DNA of 64,000 nucleotides from Veleropilina oligotropha (Eukaryota): NCBI GenBank assembly GCA_048128005.1, contig JBEUKZ010000092.1, positions 1 to 64,000 of the forward strand, read 5' to 3'. Shown piece by piece: positions 39,233 to 47,436 of this stretch (position 1 is its first letter; each line of letters starts with the position of its first letter). The notes under the pieces were generated by a model. It saw only the letters and a program-made list of their open reading frames with translations, ran no database searches and was not told where the DNA came from. The position numbers and the translations under genes were made by a program.

Positions 39233-40487
39233 ACGCTAGGCCAACGACAACGCCACCCACGATGAGTGCGATTTTCTCCTCGTCATGTGGAACAGCTGCC
39301 GCCACAGCCGGCTCAGCATTTGGATGCTTCGGAGCATCTGCCCGTAAGACTGCGACCTCGTCTTGTGGAATGACCAGTCCTTTTTCTCCAGTATCCCCAG
39401 TGGCGTTGGGGGGCGGCACACTGGCCGTGTTGACGGTTGTATTAAGACCTAGTGTCTGGTCTTGTGTGGCAACGACGATCTTGTTGTTATACCCGGCGAC
39501 CTGCCCAATTCGTAGAAGCATGTCACTTGGCGCCATATACAGGCCAACGCCGAAGACGAATTCCACCTTGAACATGGCATACTGCAAAACGTCTTGGTAC
39601 CGTTTGATTGCTGATGGGAGATCCACCGGAGATGAGATGGCATCTTCCACGTTTGACAGGAACTGTTTCTGCGCGTCAAATGCTGTACCGGTGCCGATAA
39701 TACTTGCACGTGTTTGAGCCTGCGCTCCAAGAATCGCCCAGACGTAGGTCCTGATGGAATCATTGAGCCTTTCCACACCGGGTTGGGTAAACCCCACCGA
39801 TTTGTCCAGAATAAACGAAGCCCATCCGTTTGTAAGCGCAGGCGCTTGCGCGATATAGTCCACGTGCAGATTCGTGTTTGTCGTACCTCGTGTGAAGGAC
39901 ATTCGACTGGGATCATACTCACGTCCGATGGAGTGGTAGCCGTTGTTCGTCCAGTAGCTGTAAGCGGTGCCGAGCCCTTTATTGGGACCCTCGACTCGCC
40001 AGTCGGTATGTGGAGACACTCCAAACTCGCTGCAGATCTTCTCATACGCCCTTCGGTCATACGGGTTGTCGAATGCATCCCACGTCGTGTCTTGTGGCAG
40101 CGGCGCCTGAAGTTCGGACAATACCCTTCTGATCTGATAGTAGACGTGGAAGGTGAATACGGCTCTGGAAAGGGGGTCGGTTGCATTCAAGTGGTCTTCT
40201 GCGGATATCCTGGAACCTGATGTGGCACACCAGACTGCGAAGTTGACCTTGTTCTGCCAAAACCGCATGGGCGTGCTGTTCCAATCCCGTATTAGCCGGT
40301 CACTCGCGACGTGAGGGAGGCGGTATTTTTGAAAGACGTCTGGGTAGTCTGCCCCGAATGCAGGATGTTCAGACGCCGATACAACGACGCTCGGTCTTGT
40401 AAGCTGCTCATCTTTGATCTTTGCTGGGTACAACCCACCGGTCTGATAGGCCGCACTCCTATTGAAAGCAAAGGGGCTCTTAGCCAT
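39204..40487 (-). CDS. Viral protein of unknown function with a C-terminal TM anchor (about 427 aa)
   Basis: Intact long ORF, likely start MAKSPF at 40487. Aromatic-rich globular body, C-terminal IALIVGGVVVGLAFIWLA. Confidence 0.85.
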   Translation of the reverse strand: MAKSPFAFNRSAAYQTGGLYPAKIKDEQLTRPSVVVSASEHPAFGADYPDVFQKYRLPHVASDRLIRDWNSTPMRFWQNKVNFAVWCATSGSRISAEDHLNATDPLSRAVFTFHVYYQIRRVLSELQAPLPQDTTWDAFDNPYDRRAYEKICSEFGVSPHTDWRVEGPNKGLGTAYSYWTNNGYHSIGREYDPSRMSFTRGTTNTNLHVDYIAQAPALTNGWASFILDKSVGFTQPGVERLNDSIRTYVWAILGAQAQTRASIIGTGTAFDAQKQFLSNVEDAISSPVDLPSAIKRYQDVLQYAMFKVEFVFGVGLYMAPSDMLLRIGQVAGYNNKIVVATQDQTLGLNTTVNTASVPPPNATGDTGEKGLVIPQDEVAVLRADAPKHPNAEPAVAAAVPHDEEKIALIVGGVVVGLAFIWLASPTG

Positions 40488-40496
40488 ACTGCCTGT

Positions 40497-41153
40497 ATGT
40501 TTCACACGGTAACGAGTGTTCAAGAGGGGACCGCGGTTGCCCTCCTGCAGCCGATAGATAACCGGGAAGGCAAGCTATGTGTTGGCTTGCGGTCGCTCGA
40601 CTATTGGGTCGGCTGGCACAACGTACACGCTGGAGCCTTCTTTAAAACCCCCAATAACACCGTGGAGGTGGCACCGGGTTTCTACAGCTTCGACTCCCTC
40701 GCCAAGACTATGAAGAGGTCGCATGTTAACATGCGGCTAGAGGTATGCCATGCTACCGGACTCGCGCAACTCGTTGTTCCAGAGGGGACTCGACTCGCAA
40801 TAAGCGACGATATACTGAAGCTCCTCGGCTTCAACCTTTCAGGGTGGCTACGCCCCGCGACTTATGACGGGAACAAGCCTGTCGGGTTTGCCATGGCAGC
40901 GACCCTACACGTTTATCTGGAGCAGCTCAGTACAACACACAATGTGAAGGACGGCGCCCCGAGCAATATTCTCGCGGTGGTCCCTATAACGTCGCAGATG
41001 TTCGGTGAGGCTGCCCACTATCATAGTTATCCAGAATTTCGGCGACTGCAGGCCGGGCTACTCACAGAATTGAAGGTGTATGTCGCAGATTCAGACGGTA
41101 ACCCACTAGACAACCACGGTATGCCTATTTCCGCAGTCCTCGAGATACAATGA
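40497..41153 (+). CDS. Minor capsid protein (penton-like single jelly-roll, about 218 aa)
   Basis: Polinton mCP-like motifs VGLRSL...W.NV, VAPGFYSFDSL, LHVYLE, ILAVVP....FG, EFRRL....LTELKVYVADSDGNPLD..G.P....L.I. Confidence 0.8.
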   Translation: MFHTVTSVQEGTAVALLQPIDNREGKLCVGLRSLDYWVGWHNVHAGAFFKTPNNTVEVAPGFYSFDSLAKTMKRSHVNMRLEVCHATGLAQLVVPEGTRLAISDDILKLLGFNLSGWLRPATYDGNKPVGFAMAATLHVYLEQLSTTHNVKDGAPSNILAVVPITSQMFGEAAHYHSYPEFRRLQAGLLTELKVYVADSDGNPLDNHGMPISAVLEIQ

Positions 41154-41497
41154 GCAGCATCTATGGGACCCTTCTCGCAGAAGAGCCTTCAGCGACCCAG
41201 TGGCACTTTGTTCTTAGTTGTGGGGAAGCGCCCAAGAAGGGGCTGGCGAGGAGGGAGTTTATGATCCCAAATACTGGAGGTCGGTTTGGGTTTAACCCAG
41301 CCCTTCTAATGATCCACATGACGCCGGTCCAGCCGGCCGGGGGCAGCCCCAAGGCATGTTCCATAAATAAACTTGGCCTGGATTCGGACAAGTTGACCCT
41401 CGCCTTTGCCCTCAAGGCCCCATGGGTGAACACCCTTTATTTGAACGTTAAGGTAGACATTTTGAACCAACCGGCTGAACAATACAGCCACGTATAG
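41150..41497 (+). CDS. Hypothetical viral protein (115 aa, beta-rich)
   Basis: The start overlaps the mCP stop (ATGA), and the stop abuts the next ATG. Confidence 0.7.
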   Translation: MSSIYGTLLAEEPSATQWHFVLSCGEAPKKGLARREFMIPNTGGRFGFNPALLMIHMTPVQPAGGSPKACSINKLGLDSDKLTLAFALKAPWVNTLYLNVKVDILNQPAEQYSHV

Positions 41498-42130
41498 ATG
41501 GACAAACCCACGCCGCCATCAGCGCCAACGCTGTATCCACAACTTGATGGCAGGCCTGGCGAGCCGGAGGCACAGGCTTTCCGACTACAGAAGGTGAATG
41601 AGCTTCAGGGACAGCTAGAACGAGAGAGGGACACAAGGGCTGCCCTGTACAAGAAGTACCGAAGAGGCGTGAATGTCGTCGATGGGATAGATTCGGCCTT
41701 TGTCGTTGCCAGCCTTGGTATGGGTAGCGCCGGCATCGGTCTGTTGTCCACGATCGTTGCGGCACCCGCTGTACTAGTGCTGGAATTAGCGGCGTTGGGG
41801 TGTGGGCTCGCGAGTATGGGTGGAAAATACGTGAGCCGCCACCTCCAAGTGAAGGCTAAGAAGCACGACGAGATACGAATATTGGCCGAAAGCAAACTGA
41901 ACACCATCACCGACCACGTCTCAAAGGCCTTAGCGGATGGGGAGATGTCTGATGATGAATTCCAACTGGTCATGGGGGAGATGGAAAAATATCGGACAAT
42001 GAAAGCAACGCTCCGTCTCAAAAGTCTAAAGGCGCACACTGCGGTTTCACAGACCCAAAGCGAGCTTATTGAGCGTGGTCGTAAAGAGGGACGCGCAGAA
42101 TTGCTGAAAAAAATCGGAGCTGGCGATTAG
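41498..42130 (+). CDS. Viral membrane protein with N-terminal PSAP and LYPxL motifs (210 aa)
   Basis: MDKPTPPSAPTLYPQL, then a coiled coil, a hydrophobic hairpin (AFVVASLGMGSAGIGLLSTIVAAPAVLVLELAALGCGLASM) and a helical C-terminus with ALADGEMSDDEF. Confidence 0.85.
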   Translation: MDKPTPPSAPTLYPQLDGRPGEPEAQAFRLQKVNELQGQLERERDTRAALYKKYRRGVNVVDGIDSAFVVASLGMGSAGIGLLSTIVAAPAVLVLELAALGCGLASMGGKYVSRHLQVKAKKHDEIRILAESKLNTITDHVSKALADGEMSDDEFQLVMGEMEKYRTMKATLRLKSLKAHTAVSQTQSELIERGRKEGRAELLKKIGAGD

Positions 42131-42212
42131 CCATTCAGGTCGATCTTAGCCATGACTTCCCCCCCACTCCCCCGTATTAAAGCTAGACCTCAGACAGTGA
42201 TGCGCCACAACC

Positions 42213-42629
42213 ATGAAATCCATGAAATCCATGCTACTTCTGTGCATTGCCGCGGTGTCCTGGCTGGCGGGTGTCTCCCAGGCGTCGTCACACGACACCG
42301 CATTAATTCTCGAACATACATGGGCTAGGTACCGAAACCACCCCCTGTACAACATAAGGCACGACCACTTGCGGAGAAACCTGCTACGGGACCCACCTCC
42401 AGTTCCCCCACCATCGTGCCACTACTATGTTGTCGATGGAGAGAATGACTGTGGCCCCGACCCAAATACTGTCGTTTGCGTCCAGTGTGAACAGCCCTCC
42501 CGATGTACTGGTAAAAACGGGCATTATTTCTCAATGTTATCTACCGGCTGCGGTGGTGCGTGGAGTCAAATAGGACACCTGTCGTCATGCAACTGTACGT
42601 TAGCCAGTGGGAACTACATCTACATTTAG
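42213..42629 (+). CDS. Secreted cysteine-rich cargo protein (138 aa)
   Basis: Signal-peptide-like MKSMLLLCIAAVSWLAGVSQA, basic pro-region (HLRRNLLR), Pro linker, and an 8-Cys C-terminal domain ending SSCNC. Confidence 0.7.
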   Translation: MKSMKSMLLLCIAAVSWLAGVSQASSHDTALILEHTWARYRNHPLYNIRHDHLRRNLLRDPPPVPPPSCHYYVVDGENDCGPDPNTVVCVQCEQPSRCTGKNGHYFSMLSTGCGGAWSQIGHLSSCNCTLASGNYIYI

Positions 42630-43065
42630 CGGCTGGGAGTCCCCACCCTCAAACACATTTTCTGGCTTCCCCCGCGTCTATTCATAACCCGTTAGGCCGT
42701 CTACTGTCGTTTCTCCCGCGTCTATTCATAGCCCGCTGCTCTTATCACCACACGCGTCTATTATTAGCCCGTTCAGCCGTCTACTGTCGCTGCTGACCCA
42801 GAAAAAAAATATTTTGTCAAGCGAGCTTTTGGTCCTGAGTTTCCGGTATATACCAGAAGCTCTGGACAGTTTCGGCCGGAAGCGGACTGTTTCGGCCGGA
42901 AGTGCGTCATTTTTAGGCCTATAGGCCTAATAATGTTGAGTCAGCCGGGATGAGTGGACAGTTTTTGTGTTGAGTTGAGTCAGCCAGCGAGATACGCGAC
43001 GCGACCAGGAAGCTACGGCTAATAATAGACGCGGGAGAGACAACAGCAGACGGCCGAACGGGCGG
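42630..43065. promoter_or_regulatory. Non-coding right subterminal region with iterated motifs (candidate enhancer/origin)
   Basis: CGCGTCTATT at 42673, 42717 and 42753, plus an inverted copy at 43024. CCGGAAG at 42876 and 42896. TGAGTCA at 42937 and 42976. 18-bp palindrome at 42913-42930. Confidence 0.45.
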
Positions 43066-43450
43066 GCGAGGGTAACGGGCCGTCCCTAAGGGCTCTTACT
43101 ACCAGCTCTGTTCAAACGGGCGTGGGGAGCCGCCGCGGCCCAAATAGACTATTCTAAGCTACCCTAGTTACGGACGGCGCTGGGAGCCACCCCGGCCGCC
43201 GGGACCCCCTCCCTGGAGTATGCTAAAACGCCCTAGTGTAGTCATCGACGGGAGATAACAGTTACTGTCAACTCGCGTTCCAGACGGTGGCGGGAGCCTC
43301 CGCGGCCCAAATAGACTGTTCTAAGCTACCCTAGTTTCGGACAGCGCTGTGCACACGGCGACGTTTGTAATACAAGCCCCACCATACCGGAACACCCGCT
43401 GGGAGCCTTCCTGGCCCAAATAACCGAGTTCAAAAAAACCTAGTCCCCCC
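43066..43450 (-). repeat. Right terminal inverted repeat (385 bp)
   Basis: GCGAGGGTAACGG...CCTAGTCCCCCC, immediately followed by the TSD CTGCTA. Confidence 0.95.
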
Positions 43451-43992
43451 CTGCTATACCATCATATACCCTATGTTTTTTTCTACGTTAATAAAGATGC
43501 GCATTATAAATGTAACTACAAGTAGTCGTAAAAATAAATTCATTTATTCAAAATAATATTTCTAGAATAACATAAACATTTGTTGTCACATACTACAAAA
43601 TCACACAAAAATGTTTTCTGATAATGCATTGCAGGGCATTAAAGGAGATTAAAACCGTCTGGAATTAGTCGGTTAAATAATTTTGGATGAAGACACTGTA
43701 AAGACGCATTTACTGCTCAAAGGCCAAGTATAGTCAATCATTTGTCACAACATATAGCTATATCTCCGACCGATAGTCCATTCTACATATTTCAGGCCTA
43801 TGCGAATTGAATGCTGGCTGCGTGACACCAAATGAAATTAGAAGCCCATATCATTTTTCGACCAATGAGAAAGCAGTATCTTTTATCCCTTTTTGCCGGA
43901 GATGACATGCAGCCAATTCTTTTGTTTCCGATTCCTTATAAATTATTAGGAATACGGGTGACAGGTCAAATGTTCATATGCATATCTTTTAA

Positions 43993-44432
43993 AGAGGCTA
44001 TTGCCCGTAAATGCGCTCTTTTATTTCTGTTTTAAAAAGAAAACTAACCGCATTACACATTTTGTTTATAACATAAAAATTTAGGAATTTTCAACACTCA
44101 ACTTTCGTCAGTAATTTGCTACCATTTAAATAAATAGCTACTGAATATTAAAAAATAATTAAACGCAGTCCGCGTTTAATTACCTCGCACCAGTGCATTC
44201 CAATTGACCTAGTTGGAGCACATGCAGTTGCGTTGGTTTCTGCTCGTCAAGTAAGATAGCTTTCTACTTGACAATAACATATATTGCCTTGTTACAATAA
44301 TAATTTCAATAAAAGTCTATCATTTGATCATATATCGATCAATTTTTATCAATATGCGCGAACCGTGCGATAGAGGATGATCAGTCATGCTACACAGTCA
44401 CGAAAAGAGCGCATTTACGGGCAATAGTCTCT
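43993..44432. mobile_element. Kolobok-like MITE (TTAA TSD)
   Basis: TTAA|AGAGGCTATTGCCCGTAAATGCGCTCTTTT ... AAAAGAGCGCATTTACGGGCAATAGTCTCT|TTAA. Confidence 0.75.
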
Positions 44433-45148
44433 TTAATATAATAATATAAAGGTAAAGTATTAAGTAATGAACATATTTTTCGAAAAAATAATATTAATAT
44501 GCAGTTGCCAAACAAAGAGAATTAATTTGGAATGAAAAATGAAATGGGCTTCGAAGTTGGTTAGACAACAGCATGCAGAGTTTTAGTTAAAAAGTAGCCC
44601 CGCCCTACGGGCTCGACTTCTTTTTGGAAAAGACTCGACAATCTGCATTCTAACCTACTTAACCGTATATTTATACTTATTACTGAAATCATCATGAAAC
44701 AAAAGTATGGGTTAGACTGCAGACTGCAGTCTTATTAAAAAGGAGGGCGAGTCCGTAGGATTAGACTACTTTTTAAATAAAAATCTGCAAGATGCCGTCT
44801 AACCAACTTAGAAGTTCATTTCATTTCTCCTCACCAATTAATTCTTATTGTCAAATTTGACAAACTGTTTATTTTATGAAAACATATGTTCATTAGTTAA
44901 ATCATAACATTAAAAAATTCAAATAACGATTAGGAGCCAAAATCTGTCATCCTATTCCTATTAATTCATTAGGTATCGCAAGCAAAAGAGTTGACATAGT
45001 GCGGTCTTCGGCAATAAGTGACGCGGAATACGGCTTTCTCTTCTGTCGAGAAACGAAATGGGCTTCTAAGTTATATTGGGTGTGGTTGAGAGAAAACATA
45101 TCTTCGATTAAAGTTGGTTTTGGGACGATGCTTTAGTGCCTTGTCTTA

Positions 45149-45702
45149 GACCGTGTTCCCACCGAGTTTGAACTTATGCAACTCTGCGTTGCAACTCAGT
45201 GTGAACACGCTCAAACGGATAATCAGAGCAAAGTTTGAGCCTCCTAAAATACACGGTTTAAAAGTTAAGCCGATCGATGCAACTCGTGTGAACACTTGGT
45301 TGTCTTAAAACGACGCATGGTGGCGCTCCAAATCTCGCGAGAATTGGATCTGTTCGTTCGACTCCATGCAATAGCGATCGCCAGCGGCGATTCAAGCGAG
45401 CTTGAAACTGTCCCCGTCGTCAACGGAGTTGTCATTGTCGATTAGGAATTATAATATTAGTAAGATAAAAGTATTTGGTGCAAGACGTTAACCAACATCA
45501 TGACAAATTCTATGATCTCCGCCATGTTAGATGTTGCAAGCTGTCACGTGACTGCGATTGTCGCCATCTGTTATCTAATCCGTAACACTAACCGGCAAGT
45601 TGCCAACAATTTGATCCAACCGTTACAACTTTTGGTGGGAACAACTGCATCGGATTAATTTTTTACCGATGCATAAGTTCAAACTCGGTGGGAATAAGGC
45701 CC
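45149..45702. mobile_element. Harbinger-like MITE
   Basis: TIRs ...TTCCCACCGAGTTTGAACTTATGCA / TGCATAAGTTCAAACTCGGTGGGAA..., flanked by TTA and TAA. Confidence 0.65.
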
Positions 45703-46007
45703 TAACAATCATCAGGTTCATACCAGGTTAGACAACAGCATCGCGGGAGAAAAGACCGGAAACTCCACCTTCTCCGGCCAGATATAGACCACTGTGAACG
45801 ATAAATGAACAAATAATTCAAGTTTTCCCACTATATCACTGTGTCTTAATTAGTTTATTTGCGAGAGCTAGTAGATCCGACCCACCATCTTAGTTTGGTT
45901 TGTGTTTCCTCCGGTAGATGTCGCGCGTGTTCTTGAAATTGTCTATTGCTGAAAATTACGATCTTTGTTTTCTGTGATAATAGGCGACATCGTCATTATG
46001 AAACATC

Positions 46008-46595
46008 ACAGGGGCATGTAGCGCTGTTTATCATTCGTCTGTTTCCGTTTGACTATTAGCGCAGTTCATTGTTACTATATAATATAGACAAGGGAGGACA
46101 CTAACGAAAGCGTGTTCTGCACTCGACTCGATAGAACGACGAATACATTGCAAATTACGCCTATTTAGCACTCAGCGCTGACACGTATCGATAACTAGGT
46201 TGTTCAACAAACAATTTATTGAAAAATTAACTTACATACCTCTCGCAAACAACTACCAAGTCTCTTTTGTAAACAACAACATATTATACGAGACACATGA
46301 TAACTTGTCCTGAAACTCCGCCCTCGAATTTGACATTAGACCTAATTATTTCATTGGTCAATATTCGACCCTACGTAAGGACATTCGTAGAAACAAACTC
46401 GGTGCGAGATATTGATTGTTGGTCTATGTTCATAATGTTTCTCTAAACCGTTGGGTTGAATATTGACCAATGAAATAATTAGGTCAAACAAGCTTTCCTT
46501 AGTGTCCTCCCATGTCTATATTATATAGTAACAATGAACTGCGCTAATCGTCACACGGAAACAGACGAACGATAAACAGCGTTACATGCCCCTGT
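46008..46595. mobile_element. MITE with about 95-bp TIRs
   Basis: ACAGGGGCATGTAGCGCTGTTTATC...GGAGGACACTAA is mirrored by TTAGTGTCCTCC...ACATGCCCCTGT. A second inverted pair lies inside. Confidence 0.75.
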
Positions 46596-47225
46596 GTGAT
46601 ACATCACCTGTTTCATTCAAAATTGCCCTTATATCACTTACCGTAAAAGAGAAAGGGTTGATTTAGATAGACACAAAATTCCTACGCATATATTTCACAA
46701 CAAAACATGACAAACATTCAGCCTAATGCATGCCATATACATGTACACTAAATAAAATACTAATAAAAAAATAATATCAAGCATTTTCTGATTAAACTAC
46801 TTCTATGCGTTTTTACCGTCATTACAGCACCATTTACAAATATTTATTTTTTTGTACTAATAACAGAAATGATATAACTGTAAATGGTCAACATTTCATT
46901 ACTTGGTTTGTTTGCGTTGTGTGTTTTTCGAACATTTTTTTCAATCTGTCGCGGTCAACATTCCAGTTAAATTTCACTATCGGATCATACTGTTTTTGCG
47001 TACAGCGCCATGACAGTGTTTCTAGGACAGCTAGGCCTACGGACCCATCGAAGCACTATGTTGGTTCAAAATTGATTAATCGGTGATCTGTCGTGATTCC
47101 GCCCATGTTCGGTGTGATTTAGTGATATGTTAATCGTCCTTGTATATTTTTTCAAGGAATACAAATTATCGTAATTTGAGTAGTCAATTTGAACATATAT
47201 GGATACAACTACGAATTATGAGTTA

Positions 47226-47436
47226 CTAAGCGTAATTTAACATGAATTCACTAGTTTGAGTCAAAGTGGAGGCTGCTGATTGGATAGTGTAAATGATGAC
47301 GGCGTAATGACGTCGGACCGCATCCCATCGTGCATCTTGATCGGGGTCGTCTGCTATCTCGAACAAGCCGTCTGCTAACCCTGGAAAGCTGGCTGAAGCA
47401 TACGTATTAACACTGCTCGGAGCAAACAAGATGTGC
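47226..47436 (-). CDS. NAALAD2: NAALADase-like terminal coding exon
   Basis: ttccAG|G CAC... encodes [25 protein letters not shown]...IQSAASTL...*. Confidence 0.92.

Larger units (their letters stand above)
30859..43450. mobile_element. Integrated Polinton/Maverick-like (adintovirus-like) endogenous DNA virus, 12,592 bp, internally deleted
   Basis: Abrupt GC-rich, gene-dense, intronless block. 385-bp TIRs. 6-bp TSD CTGCTA at 30853-30858 and 43451-43456. Encodes an A32-like ATPase, major and minor capsid candidates, an integrase N-terminus and a PolB-like fragment. Confidence 0.95.

Noticed and set aside
31678..42534. Many overlapping antisense or alternate-frame ORFs inside the viral element (e.g. 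37509-38204, 39211-39717, 39449-40186, 41605-42039)
   Set aside because: They are shadows of the real genes in GC-rich sequence, with low-complexity Ser/Arg/Pro composition and no motifs.
30859..43450. Bacterial prophage or contaminant
   Set aside because: TIRs with a TSD in AT-rich host flanks and Polinton-type integrase, ATPase and capsid motifs indicate a eukaryotic integrated element. No phage hallmark genes were seen.
30858..43452. Alternative element boundary giving canonical AG...CT ends
   Set aside because: It makes the G and C runs unequal (6 versus 7) and destroys the perfect 6-bp TSD.
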